Position numbers and translations under genes: made by a program. 64,000 bases of DNA from an uncultured delta proteobacterium (GTDB lineage: Bacteria; Desulfobacterota; Binatia; UBA9968), in assembly GCA_963727625.1 (NCBI GenBank), contig CAVSHR010000005.1:992001-1056000 (forward strand), written 5' to 3'. Shown in pieces: positions 9,987-20,294 of this stretch (position 1 is its first letter; each line of letters begins with the position of its first letter). The notes beneath the pieces were generated by a model that was not told the origin of the DNA, did not search any database, and worked only from the letters and a program-made list of their open reading frames with translations.

Positions 9987-11645
9987 CTAATCGTTTTTCT
10001 TGTCTACTTGCTTCTTGAGCTTCTCAAGCTCATCGGCGAGATACTTCTTCTTGAGGTCCATGAATTTAGCTCCCCGAGGCACTTTGATCCCCTTGCGGGC
10101 GCTAAATTCAGCGTTGAGGCTATGATTTCCCGCCACCGCGTTGTCGGCCTGAATGACCGCTTCATTGGGCCACATGCCGAGCGAATAGCCCCACCACGGC
10201 GGGCGCGGATTCAATTTCGGCAACTCAAGCTCCTCCCAGATCTCCCGCGCCCGTTCCATATACGGCCGTTTCGGCAGAGCAACCGGCGGAAATTCCGCCT
10301 TCAAAGTCGCGTCCACCAGCAACGTTGAATCGGTCACGTCATAGTGCTCGCCGTCGGCGACGTAGCGAATCGGATTCCAAGGGAGCGGCCGGTTGGGCAC
10401 AATTCTCATGTCCCGATGGGGCTGGCACCGGTTGGCCATCGCCCATAAGAGCGACTGCGCATCGTGCGGGTCGATGTCTTCGTCGACGCAAACGATGATC
10501 TTGTGAATGACCCGCGACGGCAGCAGCCCTTCGAGCGCGCGCCAGGTGTCATCCGGTTTTTGTTTTTTGAGCTGGATCACCGCTACCTGCCGGTTGAGCA
10601 GGTCTTCGTAAAGCGCGACTCGCCGCGCGTCGACTCCGACATCTTTGATCAAATGATTTAGCGCGAGAGTTTCGTAAGCGGACTGTTTGATCTTGCTCGA
10701 CTCGCTCGGGGTGAGCTGGCTGATCATCGAAACGTAAATGGGATTTTTTCGGTGCGTGATACAAGTCACTTCAAAAACCCCGTTTAAATCCCCTGGATCG
10801 AGATAGCCGTGCGCTTCGCCGAAGGGACCGTCGGGCTCCAAATAGTCCCAAGGAATTTTACCTTCGATGACGATATCCGCGTGGGCCGGGACTTCGAGAT
10901 TCACCGTCTTGCAGCGGACCATTTCCAGAGGACCACGCGCCAAACCGCCAGCCAGCGCAATTTCGTCGACGCCGTAGGGCACCGGCTGAACCGCCGCATA
11001 GGTGATGCAAGGCGGGCCGCCGATGACGATAGCCGCGTCCAGAGGAATGCCTCGTTCGTTGCATTTCTCCCAGTGGATCGCCGTGTGTTTGAGGCTGCCC
11101 CACATGATCCCGGTCTTGAGCGGGCCCTTAATCTGCCCGCGGTAAACTCCCATGTTTCTAACCCCGGTGTCAGGATCTTTGGTGATCCAGCAGCCGGCGG
11201 TCAAATAAGGCGCATTGTCGAAGCCGGGCGTGGAGATGGGAATCGGCAATTTGTATAACCCGCCGGAACGGATCAGCTCGTCGCCTTGATAGACGACTTC
11301 CTGAACCGGCCCTTCTTTGACCAGAATCGGATCGATCGGGCGTTCCAGAGCTTTGGTCCAAATCTCTTCCACCTCTTCTTCTTTGCACATCAGACCGAGC
11401 GCATAGATTCGCTGTGAAGCCGCCAATCCGCCGATTAGCACGGGGATGTCGTATTTTTTGCCCTTGGCGTCGTGGATATCCTCGAAAAAAAATGCTCGCC
11501 GTTGCGCCTCGTCCAGGCCGCGAAATTGCCAGCGCACCAACGGGTGCATCTCGGTGTCTTTGTCGATCGGTCGCGTGACTCGGAAGAGCAAGCCCTCCTG
11601 CTCGAGAGCTTGCAAATATTCACGAAGGTTCTTGTAATAAACCAT
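9987..11645 (-). CDS. UbiD family prFMN-dependent (de)carboxylase
   Basis: NLREYLQALE, RNMGVYR, EPDGPFGEAHGY, VDEDIDPHD. Confidence 0.9.
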   Translation of the reverse strand: MVYYKNLREYLQALEQEGLLFRVTRPIDKDTEMHPLVRWQFRGLDEAQRRAFFFEDIHDAKGKKYDIPVLIGGLAASQRIYALGLMCKEEEVEEIWTKALERPIDPILVKEGPVQEVVYQGDELIRSGGLYKLPIPISTPGFDNAPYLTAGCWITKDPDTGVRNMGVYRGQIKGPLKTGIMWGSLKHTAIHWEKCNERGIPLDAAIVIGGPPCITYAAVQPVPYGVDEIALAGGLARGPLEMVRCKTVNLEVPAHADIVIEGKIPWDYLEPDGPFGEAHGYLDPGDLNGVFEVTCITHRKNPIYVSMISQLTPSESSKIKQSAYETLALNHLIKDVGVDARRVALYEDLLNRQVAVIQLKKQKPDDTWRALEGLLPSRVIHKIIVCVDEDIDPHDAQSLLWAMANRCQPHRDMRIVPNRPLPWNPIRYVADGEHYDVTDSTLLVDATLKAEFPPVALPKRPYMERAREIWEELELPKLNPRPPWWGYSLGMWPNEAVIQADNAVAGNHSLNAEFSARKGIKVPRGAKFMDLKKKYLADELEKLKKQVDKKND

Positions 11646-11712
11646 TAATAATTTCCCTCGATGTGGCGGTTAAAAATCCGTCCTTAGGGGTTGCGCTCAT
11701 TTTGCACCGTTA

Positions 11713-12603
11713 TTACTGCCCAAGAATCCCCGCGTCCCTCAGCTCGCGCTCCAACTTGGTGATTTCCTCTGTGGGCATCTGCTCGGTCTCCCACTTGGGA
11801 AATCGTTTCACCGCGAAACCGCGCATGCGGAAAACCTCTTGCAACGGCACCCGGCCATATTGACGCAGGCGGGCCGCGACGATCCGCGCCGCTGCATCGA
11901 CACGCTTTTGCGCCTCCACCGCGCGCGCGTAATCTTTGCTGTCCAATGCGTTGAACAGATCTACGCAGAGTTCGGGAACAAAACTGGTCGGCGGATTGAT
12001 CATGCCGGCGACGCCGAACGGCACCAGGCCGAACAAATCCGCGTTGCCGGTGAACACCGAAACATCGGGCAAGAGCCTGACGTACTCGAGCAGCGCGCCC
12101 TGGCCGTAGGCGACCTTGATACCTTTGAGCGCCGGCACCTGCTCTTTCATACGCACGGCCAAGCCCGGCGGAATCGAGATGCCGGAATATTTTGGATTCT
12201 CGTAGATGTAGATCGGCAGCGGCACCGCTTGATGTACGGCTCTGTAGTGGGCGATGATTTCATATTCCGTGTGATCGGAATAATAATACGGCGGCACGAT
12301 TGCCACCGCGTCGGCATTGTGCGCCGCCGCATGCTCCGCCAGCTCCACCGCGCTGCCGGTATCGGCGGTGCCGACGTGGATGATCACGGGCACGCGCGAT
12401 TTGGCCTGATCGAGCGCGATGGCGGCCGCTTGTTTACGCTCTTCGACAGTCATCGCCGGCCCCTGGCCGGTGGAGCCGAGAACGAATAGGCCCTGCACGC
12501 CGGCTTTGATGTGAAAGTCGACGAGTTGGCGCATCATTTGTTCATCGACGCGAACCTTCTCGTCGAACGGCGTAATAACCGGCAACAACACTCCGCGAAT
12601 CAT
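11713..12603 (-). CDS. DapA/NanA/KDG-aldolase family lyase
   Basis: ITPFD, GSTGQG, VPPYY, YENP and Schiff-base GIK. Confidence 0.88.
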   Translation of the reverse strand: MIRGVLLPVITPFDEKVRVDEQMMRQLVDFHIKAGVQGLFVLGSTGQGPAMTVEERKQAAAIALDQAKSRVPVIIHVGTADTGSAVELAEHAAAHNADAVAIVPPYYYSDHTEYEIIAHYRAVHQAVPLPIYIYENPKYSGISIPPGLAVRMKEQVPALKGIKVAYGQGALLEYVRLLPDVSVFTGNADLFGLVPFGVAGMINPPTSFVPELCVDLFNALDSKDYARAVEAQKRVDAAARIVAARLRQYGRVPLQEVFRMRGFAVKRFPKWETEQMPTEEITKLERELRDAGILGQ

Positions 12604-12634
12604 CTTTGCCTCCCCATCATCGTGCTAATGACTT

Positions 12635-12661
12635 AGATCCTTCACTTCGTTCAGAATGGCA
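12635..12661. repeat. Single arm of the GTCATCCTGAG...AGATCCTTC REP-like element
   Basis: agatccttcacttcgttcagaatggca resembles the reverse complement of the left arm at 35114-35140. Confidence 0.45.
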
Positions 12662-12740
12662 CCCGATCCAAAGGTTACTCCGAAAAGCCAAGCGACGAAG
12701 CATCTACCCTCCTGTTAAATCTTTGGCCAAACTTCACGTC

Positions 12741-13979
12741 CTATTTTGTTTCCTTCACCCGCACGCCAACCTGTGTCTCCAAACGATGGAGTTCGCTCGC
12801 CCGGTTTTTCTCGGCAATCCCTTTGGGCCGGCCGCCGTTCAGCGCCGTCTCGATGGCGTCGAGAACGATCTTACGAAATTTGATGACGCCGCGATCGGAA
12901 ACTCCCAGCTGCTCGCCGCGATCGCCAAGCAAGCCCTGCGTCCCTTGAGTCACCAGATCTTCTTTTCGAACGTTGCCTTTGTAGGGCATGAACTTGCGCT
13001 TGTCGTACGGCATCACGTTCTGCACCGGCGTTTCCTTGGCGCGCAGTGCTTTGAGTTTCTCGAAAAAATTCTCTTCCGGACCCCGGTAATTGTCCGCGGT
13101 AAAAAGCATGAAGTGGTCGTCATCGTTGGGCGTGACAAACATCCAATGTTCGCACTGGGAACCCTCCTTGATCAGCGCCGCCGCGTCGACTTTCGCGTGG
13201 ACGAATTCCGTATCGCCGACCTGAACGATGCTCGGCAGCGCCAGACTCATTTCGTCGACGAACTCCGTGCCCGGTTCGGGACCGGGCTTGGTCATGACTA
13301 CTTTCATGCCGTAATCCATCTCGACGAACTCGAAGTGCGGCATTTCCGCAATACTAAAAAACTGATTGCCCCAGGATTGCCGGCCGTAGCCGGCATTGCG
13401 GTGAAGAATGCAGACATGCGCGGGGTCCGCGGAGTTTTCGAAGAAATTGAACCAGTTGTATTCAGCGTGACGCACGGGCTCGACCTGCCATTGGCCGGTG
13501 CGTTCGACCAGCGGCGCGTAGTTGGGCAGGGTCGGCGGGTCGTCTCTATTCGGCCCCATGTAAGCGAAGACCAAACCACCCAATTCTTTGACGGGATAGG
13601 ACAGGTGCTTCACCTTTTGGCAGAATTTGCTGTCCTTCGGCTCCGCGGGCATTTCCATACATTGGCCGTCAACGTTGAACAGCCAGCCGTGATATGGACA
13701 GCGTAAGCCACCATCTTCGATATCACCGTACTCCAACGACGCACCGCGATGCGGGCAGTGCTCACCGAGCAATCCGAGCTTGCCAAACTCATCGCGGAAT
13801 AAGATCAAATTCTCGCCCAGCACCTTTACCGCTTGCGGAATATCGTAGAGATCTTGCGCCGTACCGACGACGACCCAGTAGCGGCGAAACCATTCGCCGC
13901 AGGGCGTACCCGGCCCGACATGCGGAATATCCGCAAGCGCCACTTTCGTGTTTTTTCTTTTCACAACTATTTTCGCCAC
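12741..13979 (-). CDS. Rieske non-heme iron oxygenase alpha subunit (phthalate dioxygenase/LigX/VanA-like)
   Basis: CPHRG...CPYHG Rieske motif; ENSADPAH..LH and EDL iron site; GTG start at 13979 after AGAGGA. Confidence 0.9.
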   Translation of the reverse strand: MAKIVVKRKNTKVALADIPHVGPGTPCGEWFRRYWVVVGTAQDLYDIPQAVKVLGENLILFRDEFGKLGLLGEHCPHRGASLEYGDIEDGGLRCPYHGWLFNVDGQCMEMPAEPKDSKFCQKVKHLSYPVKELGGLVFAYMGPNRDDPPTLPNYAPLVERTGQWQVEPVRHAEYNWFNFFENSADPAHVCILHRNAGYGRQSWGNQFFSIAEMPHFEFVEMDYGMKVVMTKPGPEPGTEFVDEMSLALPSIVQVGDTEFVHAKVDAAALIKEGSQCEHWMFVTPNDDDHFMLFTADNYRGPEENFFEKLKALRAKETPVQNVMPYDKRKFMPYKGNVRKEDLVTQGTQGLLGDRGEQLGVSDRGVIKFRKIVLDAIETALNGGRPKGIAEKNRASELHRLETQVGVRVKETK

Positions 13980-14007
13980 GGACCTTTTCCTCTCTTGCGC
14001 TCTTCTT

Positions 14008-14050
14008 ACGGCTTGAACGATTTGAACGTCTTGAACTACTTGAACCGTTT
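14008..14050. repeat. Tandem 9-bp repeat (TTGAACnnn)x4
   Basis: ttgaac at 14013, 14022, 14031 and 14040. Confidence 0.85.
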
Positions 14051-14056
14051 CGTCGG

Positions 14057-15433
14057 TTATTTGAACCCGTATTCCTGCCAGCGGCGCAAAACCGTTTGGC
14101 GCAGGGAGTCGATCGGCTCCGCCACTTCGCCGCGAAAGTTCTCTTTTATCGTCAGATCGAGCATCAGCTTTGACGTCAGCCCGTTCACCGTCGCCGACGG
14201 CTCCAGCGAGCTGGTGATGCTGCGCGGGATGACGAACATGTCGGTCGCCGGCTGGAATCGGGTGGTCAGCGCCCACAGCACCTCGTTGGGATCTTCGAGG
14301 TTGATGTCCTCGTCGACGACGATCACGTGCTTCCATTTGCCGCTGCGGGTGTAAAGCGACGCCGCCAGAACGTTGTTGACGATGCCCGGTCTCATCAAAC
14401 GCTTTTCCAGTTGGAGGATTAAGACAATCGAAACACCCCACGGCGGAGCGTAGGCTTTTTTTATAGCCGGATAGGCCGGTTTTAATTCTTGATAGGCCGC
14501 GACGGCGTAGGTCAGCGCGTCGACGTAGAGATGCTCGTGCGGCGGCTTGCCGAGCCAGATATTGTGATAGATAGGATTTTTGCGGTGAGTGACCGCCTTG
14601 ATCGTCATGATTCTTTCGTTGGGAACCTGCGCCGTGGTGTAGCCGCAGAATTCGCCGAACGGACCCTCGTCGCCGGTTTTCGCCGGAACCGTCAACTCGC
14701 CTTCGAGGACGATCTCGGCGAGCGCCGGAACTTCCAGGTCGATCGTCCGGCATTTCACGACATCGACCGGCGCGCCGGCCAGCCCGCCGGCGATCTCCAG
14801 CTCGTAGACGCCGGCCCGCGGCTCGAACTGGGAAGCGACGTAGACCGCCGGCGGCACGCCGATGCAGACCGCCACTTCGAATTTTTTCTGGCCGCGCTTC
14901 TCGGCGTTCTTGATGAAATCGTGGCCGTCGTGGCCGGGCGTGAAGCGGATGGTCACTTCATTGCTCGACACCAGCATCATCCGGTAGATCGCGAGGTTGT
15001 TGCCGTATTCGGGATCTTTGATGATCACGTGGCCAGCCGTGATGTAGGGCCCGCCATCGCGCGGGTTGTTCGTGCAAATCGGCAGCTTGGTCAAATCGAC
15101 GTCGGCGCCTTCGAAGACCGTTTCTTGGCACGCGCCTTGGGAAACCCGGCGCGGCGCAATCGGATGGCTGGCTCGCTGCACGGTTTCGTCGAAAACGTTT
15201 TCTTGCGACAGGCCAAGCGCCAAGGCCACGCGCCGATCGCTCGCCAATAGTTGACCGACCACCGGAATGTTGTGGCCTTTGATGTTCTCGAACAATAGCG
15301 CCGGACTGTTTGGCCGCTCGTTGTGAATCTTGCAAATCGCGCCGAGCTCATATTTGGGATCGACTTCGATCTTGATTTTTTGGAGCTCGTGCTCTTCTTC
15401 CAAAACCTTGAGAAATTCCCGTAAATCCATCAT
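14057..15433 (-). CDS. UbiD family (de)carboxylase, second paralog
   Basis: DLREFLKVLE, DGGPYIT, NLAIYR, EGPFGEFCGY, VVDEDINLED. Confidence 0.9.
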   Translation of the reverse strand: MMDLREFLKVLEEEHELQKIKIEVDPKYELGAICKIHNERPNSPALLFENIKGHNIPVVGQLLASDRRVALALGLSQENVFDETVQRASHPIAPRRVSQGACQETVFEGADVDLTKLPICTNNPRDGGPYITAGHVIIKDPEYGNNLAIYRMMLVSSNEVTIRFTPGHDGHDFIKNAEKRGQKKFEVAVCIGVPPAVYVASQFEPRAGVYELEIAGGLAGAPVDVVKCRTIDLEVPALAEIVLEGELTVPAKTGDEGPFGEFCGYTTAQVPNERIMTIKAVTHRKNPIYHNIWLGKPPHEHLYVDALTYAVAAYQELKPAYPAIKKAYAPPWGVSIVLILQLEKRLMRPGIVNNVLAASLYTRSGKWKHVIVVDEDINLEDPNEVLWALTTRFQPATDMFVIPRSITSSLEPSATVNGLTSKLMLDLTIKENFRGEVAEPIDSLRQTVLRRWQEYGFK

Positions 15434-15499
15434 GCGTAGTTCGCTCCCGTAAGAACATCCACAGCTAACTCCGAATAAGATGCGAGGGCCGAGCGTTAA

Positions 15500-16384
15500 T
15501 TAATTCACCAGCGAGCAGCGCGACTCGAATCCTAACATTCCTTTAGCCTTAGTTATGCTGTAGCCGCTGTGACAACCGTCCAGTCCACCGCGCAGGTCTT
15601 TGACCCCCGGTAAATACCTGGCGATCAATTCTCGCGTCGGCGTGTCCATGATCGTTGTCGATGCGCAGATATTGAAGGGCTCATGGCCTGTGAAATTCGC
15701 TTCAAGCGCCAGCCGGCAGGCGTGCGCGGCGTCGCGCGCATCGATATAGCTCCACAGCGCGCCGTTGCCTCGGATCGCGGGATTTTTCCGCCGTTCCAGC
15801 AGCATCGGCCGATGCGCTTCCGTGTAAACACCGGCAAATCGCAGACTGGCGATTTGCGCGCCGCTTTTCTGCGCCAAGGCGTCACAGAGCTGCTCGCCGA
15901 CGAGCTTGGTCAAGCCGTAAGGGTCTTGCGGCCTTCGCGCATGACCTTCATCGACAGGAAGATAATCGGGCTGCAGTTCGATGGTCGGATAGTAGAAGCC
16001 GTACACCGCCAGGCTCGAACCGCAGACGACCCGCTTGATACCGCAGGCTTGCGCTGCGGCGAGCACGTTGTTGGTGACGGCGACGTTTTGATTGAACCGT
16101 TCGGCATCGCCGGCGATGTCGCTGAACTCCCACTGTTGCTTCGCCGCATTGAAACCGGTTTCCGTATAGTGGAAACGGATGCGGGCGAGATGCACCACCG
16201 CATCGATGTTCTTAAAATGATCGAGCAACGGAGCGAACTTGCCGAGGTCAACGGTGTGCGTCGGGCACAGACATTCCCGCGGTCTAACCGCGTCCAAAGA
16301 CGCTACGGCGTGACCATGCGTAAACAACTCGCGAATCACATACTGACCCAACCGTCCGGAACCGCCGGTGACAACGATCCGCAT
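15500..16384 (-). CDS. NAD-dependent epimerase/dehydratase (extended SDR)
   Basis: TGGSGRLG and YGLTK motifs. Confidence 0.88.
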   Translation of the reverse strand: MRIVVTGGSGRLGQYVIRELFTHGHAVASLDAVRPRECLCPTHTVDLGKFAPLLDHFKNIDAVVHLARIRFHYTETGFNAAKQQWEFSDIAGDAERFNQNVAVTNNVLAAAQACGIKRVVCGSSLAVYGFYYPTIELQPDYLPVDEGHARRPQDPYGLTKLVGEQLCDALAQKSGAQIASLRFAGVYTEAHRPMLLERRKNPAIRGNGALWSYIDARDAAHACRLALEANFTGHEPFNICASTTIMDTPTRELIARYLPGVKDLRGGLDGCHSGYSITKAKGMLGFESRCSLVN

Positions 16385-16386
16385 GC

Positions 16387-17364
16387 CTAGCGCCCCAAGC
16401 TTTTAAACCAGCCGCTCTGCTCCAGTTCTTTCAATAGACTGTTATCGAAGAAGTCTCCTGCCTTGGCATCGCGCGCCGCTTTTGTGGGAATCTTCTTGAG
16501 GATCTCATCGATTCCTTCCGCGCGCACGTACGGAATTGGATCGCCGCTGTAACGCACGCCGTAAGTCTGATGAAGCTGGGCCAGCGTCTCGGTATCGGCG
16601 ACTTTGGTGTACTTCGACAGAACTTTCATGCTGAATTCCTTATCGGTGCGCAGCCGATGGAGCCCCCGGGTAAAGCCGCGCAGAAATCGCAGCGCCGTAT
16701 CCCGATTCGATTTGATGAAAGCCTGCGACGTTGAAAGCGGCGTATTGGGAAAAATGATTTTTAGCTGGCCGACATCGACCAGCTCGCGCAGGCCGGCCTT
16801 TGCCGCCTTGAAATTGCTCGGCGGCGAAAGCACTACCGCACTGAACACGCCGGCAACCAGCCCTGCCAGACCCTCGGGCATCCCGCCGGTCTGAACCACA
16901 GTGAGATCGCGGCGCTCCAGCCCCCAGCGCTTCAATGCCGCGTCCAATGCCCAATCGGTCGACCCGCCCAAGCGTGTCACGCCGACCTTTTTTCCTTTGA
17001 GGTCCGCCGCCTGCTTGATCTCCGGCCGCGACATGATCGAAAAAACCAGAGAATTACCGGTGTTGCCGATCAATAGGAGATCGGCGCCGCGCAACGACGC
17101 ATTGATCACCGGAACCGACGGCCCATAGGCAAACGGCACGTCTCCGCTTAGCATCGATTGAATCAAGAGTGAACCACCGCGAATGTAAAGCAACTCCACG
17201 TCGAGTCCTTCGCGTTTGAAATAACCGCCCTCCTTGGCCAACCACAGCGACGACATGGCACCGCTGATCGCGCTGTACGCCACCCGCAACGGCGCCGCAT
17301 CGACGCCACACACCGATAGTGTGAATGCCAGCAGGGTCGCCGCGAATACGCGTGAGAATTTCAT
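16387..17364 (-). CDS. ABC substrate-binding protein (SsuA/NMT1 type)
   Basis: Signal peptide MKFSRVFAATLLA, GYFKREGLDVEL, DLKGKKVGVTR. Confidence 0.85.
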   Translation of the reverse strand: MKFSRVFAATLLAFTLSVCGVDAAPLRVAYSAISGAMSSLWLAKEGGYFKREGLDVELLYIRGGSLLIQSMLSGDVPFAYGPSVPVINASLRGADLLLIGNTGNSLVFSIMSRPEIKQAADLKGKKVGVTRLGGSTDWALDAALKRWGLERRDLTVVQTGGMPEGLAGLVAGVFSAVVLSPPSNFKAAKAGLRELVDVGQLKIIFPNTPLSTSQAFIKSNRDTALRFLRGFTRGLHRLRTDKEFSMKVLSKYTKVADTETLAQLHQTYGVRYSGDPIPYVRAEGIDEILKKIPTKAARDAKAGDFFDNSLLKELEQSGWFKSLGR

Positions 17365-17377
17365 GCAACCTTTCAAA

Positions 17378-18589
17378 TCAACTACCTCCTTTGGCTCTGA
17401 TACCCGTGAATGAATCGATTTGAACCGTCTCGTTCGCTTCGCCCCGGGAGGGAATTCCCTTGGGAATCTGACCCTTCTGCACCGAACGGACGGCATTCAG
17501 AATAATCTTCCGAATCAGAATGACCCCCTTGTCGGAAGTCCCAAGTTGCTCGCTGCGCTCGTCAAGCAGCGGTTGTGTTCCCTGGCAGGCAATGTCTTCA
17601 GTGCGCACGTTTCCTCTAAACGGAGAGAATTTGCGTCGATCGTAGGGCTTCTTTTCCGACCTAGCTTCAACTCTGCGGCTTGGCGCCAATTTATCAAAGA
17701 ACTCCGGATCGGAACCGGTATAATGGTTCACGGTGAACAGGCGAAAGCTTTCATCGTCGTCCGGCGTGACAAACATGAAATGAGCGTTGTGCGAGCCCGC
17801 GCTCAACGCCTCGCGCGGCTGCTTGAAATGGGTGAACTCGGTATCGCCGATTTGCAGGATGCTCGGCAGCGCGAAGCTCTTTTCATCGACGTACTCGGTA
17901 TCCGCCGTCGGCCCCGGCTTGCGCGAAATGACTTTCATGCCGTAGGAAGTCTCGACTGCGTCGAAAGCCGGAATGTCTTTAAAATTAAAAAACCAGCTGC
18001 GCCACGTGCCGTCGTTTGGGTCGGCGCGGTGCAAAATCGAAAAGTGCACCGGGTCCGCGCCGTTTTCGATAAAGTTGAACCAGTTGTAATCGTAGGCTCG
18101 CGTCGCTTCCAACGACCTTTGCCCTGCGGTATCGGCCAGGGCTTTATATTGGGGCAATGGCGGCGGATCATCCTGGTCCGGCCCAAGATAGGCGAAGAGC
18201 AGCCCCCCTAACTCTCGAACCGGATAGGATACATGTTGCACCTTTTCAGGAAAACGGCTGTCTTTGGGCTCCGCCGGCATCGCCAAGCATTGGCCGCGCA
18301 CGTTGAATAGCCAACCGTGATAAGGGCAGCGCAAGCCGCCGTCTTCGATGTCGCCATATTCTAATGATGCTCCGCGGTGCGGACAGTGAACGCCCAGCAA
18401 ACCGAGCTTGCCATCGGGGTCGCGAAACAATACGAATTTTTCGCCCAGGACTTTGACGGCCTGGGGTATGTCATAGAGTTCGCGAGTCGTGCCCACGACC
18501 AGCCAGTAGCGGCGAAACCACTCGCCCGCCGGAGTTCCCCGGCTAACGCGGCACAGAACCGCTGGCGAAACTTCGGATGTTCTCTTCAT
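17378..18589 (-). CDS. Rieske oxygenase alpha subunit, paralog of 12741-13979
   Basis: CPHRG...CPYHG; ENGADPVH..LH; EDI. Confidence 0.9.
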   Translation of the reverse strand: MKRTSEVSPAVLCRVSRGTPAGEWFRRYWLVVGTTRELYDIPQAVKVLGEKFVLFRDPDGKLGLLGVHCPHRGASLEYGDIEDGGLRCPYHGWLFNVRGQCLAMPAEPKDSRFPEKVQHVSYPVRELGGLLFAYLGPDQDDPPPLPQYKALADTAGQRSLEATRAYDYNWFNFIENGADPVHFSILHRADPNDGTWRSWFFNFKDIPAFDAVETSYGMKVISRKPGPTADTEYVDEKSFALPSILQIGDTEFTHFKQPREALSAGSHNAHFMFVTPDDDESFRLFTVNHYTGSDPEFFDKLAPSRRVEARSEKKPYDRRKFSPFRGNVRTEDIACQGTQPLLDERSEQLGTSDKGVILIRKIILNAVRSVQKGQIPKGIPSRGEANETVQIDSFTGIRAKGGS

Positions 18590-18872
18590 ATCATTGTCAT
18601 TTGCAGTTCGCGCAAATATTCCGCCCGTCGTTTCGCAAACCCGATTTTGGCGCGCCAAGAGGCCAAAAACGCGACGTTCGAAATCGGTGTTATTCCTTCG
18701 CCGCCTTTGCGAGTTAGCCGAGGATATTCCGAGCTTTCGTTCGCTAGTCCGCGCTAGCTTATCTTACCGTCGTAAAAATTCCTGGCGACGAGCGGCCATA
18801 TTAATGACGCCCTTGAAGTGATGTCAATCTTAATTTACTTAATGATTAGTTTAGTATTTTTGAACTATTTTG

Positions 18873-19751
18873 ATGGAGCTTCGCCAACTCAATAGCGTTT
18901 GCCAGATCGTTCAATGCGGCTCGCTGAAAGAAGCGGCGAAGCGCTGCTTTCTGACTCCTTCCGCCATATCCCAGCAGATCAAGACCCTCGAACAGGAGCT
19001 GGGCTTAAGACTTTTCGAGCTCAAAGGGCGAAAACTGGCGTTAACACCGAAGGGCGAAGTATTTTACTGTGACGCCAAAAAAATTCTTGATTCGGTCCAT
19101 GAGGCTAGCGAGAAAGCAAAAAGCCGGACGGACGATTTTAGCGGGACGATTTCATTAGCGGCCCCGGCGTGCTTGCGATATTTTTATTTGCCGAGCTTTG
19201 CGCGCTTCCGCGCCGCCTATCCTTCCATCAAGCTCACTGTCCTCGCCAGGAGCCATGCGGACGCGATCTCCATGGTCCGTTCCGGCGACGCCGCTCTGGC
19301 GATGGGGCTTTTTCCGCACTCGTTGGTCGACCTCGAAGAAGTTCCTTTGATTACCCCCAAACTGACCCTCGTCATCCCGCGTCAAGGCGTAAGCTTTACA
19401 GCCAAACAAGTAGGATTGAAGGAGTTGTCGCAGCAACCCATGGTATTGCTGCAATCGTTGACCACCACAAGGGCGGTGATAGACGGAGCTTTCCGCAAGA
19501 AAAATCTTGGTCTTCGAACGGAAATGGAAGCGAGCACCTGCGTGGAAGTCAAACGCTACGTCGCCAACGCTGTCGGTTTGGGCATCGTCCACGACATCTG
19601 CATTGAACCTGAAGATAACGGTCGATTTCGAACTATCAACCTTGAAAAACTCATCGCTCACCCGAGAGCGAGACTGATCTACAACCCCGCGAGGTCTCTG
19701 GGTCCAGCGGAAAAAAAGCTTATTGAATTTATTCGCTTCACGGCGCGCTGA
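18873..19751 (+). CDS. LysR family transcriptional regulator
   Basis: MELRQL...TPSAISQQIKTLEQELG HTH; divergent from the catabolic cluster across an AT-rich spacer. Confidence 0.93.
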   Translation: MELRQLNSVCQIVQCGSLKEAAKRCFLTPSAISQQIKTLEQELGLRLFELKGRKLALTPKGEVFYCDAKKILDSVHEASEKAKSRTDDFSGTISLAAPACLRYFYLPSFARFRAAYPSIKLTVLARSHADAISMVRSGDAALAMGLFPHSLVDLEEVPLITPKLTLVIPRQGVSFTAKQVGLKELSQQPMVLLQSLTTTRAVIDGAFRKKNLGLRTEMEASTCVEVKRYVANAVGLGIVHDICIEPEDNGRFRTINLEKLIAHPRARLIYNPARSLGPAEKKLIEFIRFTAR

Positions 19752-19916
19752 CAGCCGCAGCAGACACCTGAAAAACTCCGTGGCAGTGGGACCACAGTCA
19801 CGCGGTCTCGGGTCAGATTTTGAGCCTCGAATCTGCCCAGAGGATTCGGAGACTCGCGGCCTCAGCGTATAATCACCGCTAACACACCGCCATAGCGTTC
19901 GATGCGTGTCCCTCGG

Positions 19917-19931
19917 TGGCAATTCTTTTGC
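19917..19931 (+). promoter_or_regulatory. Candidate sigma54 -24/-12 promoter
   Basis: TGGCAATTCTTTTGC (GG-N10-GC). Confidence 0.4.
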
Positions 19932-20033
19932 CAAGCTTGGCAGAGAGCTGGCGTAGCCGATCTCAAAAATCCTTAAAACTTTCTTAAATCCTAGTCGAAG
20001 GCCCTTGCACGATTCTTGCCTAACTATCCTGCC

Positions 20034-20294
20034 ATGGCCAGCTCAAGCACCGGCGCCGACGCTCTGATTGAGATTTTAAACTTGTGCGAACAAGCACTTG
20101 CTGCGTTGGAACCGGACCAGGTTGCAAATCCAAACATCCTCTCGGCGGACAAAACCAGCCATTCCAGACGGTTGCAGCGGACAAAAGTAGGGCGGCGGTT
20201 CGTTCTGATTCGCGGCGGCCTTGGGAAGGAGTCGGGCCGGTCTAATAGCGTCCGAACCGGCGGCTTGAACCCATCCGGCACCCTCCTCACATGA
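20034..20294 (+). CDS. Small hypothetical protein
   Basis: ATG-started ORF downstream of a sigma54-like site; no family recognised. Confidence 0.35.
   Translation: MASSSTGADALIEILNLCEQALAALEPDQVANPNILSADKTSHSRRLQRTKVGRRFVLIRGGLGKESGRSNSVRTGGLNPSGTLLT

Noticed and set aside
14008-14050. Short tandem arrays as CRISPR
   Set aside because: 9-bp period, no unique spacers and no cas genes
13980-14753. 670-aa ORF suggesting a large N-terminal extension of the Rieske oxygenase
   Set aside because: The extension overlaps UbiD in another frame and reads through the 9-bp repeat (VQVVQDVQIVQAV); a GTG start with RBS exists at 13979
20005-20019. TTGCACGATTCTTGC as another sigma54 promoter
   Set aside because: Lacks the invariant GG at -24 and lies very close to the ATG
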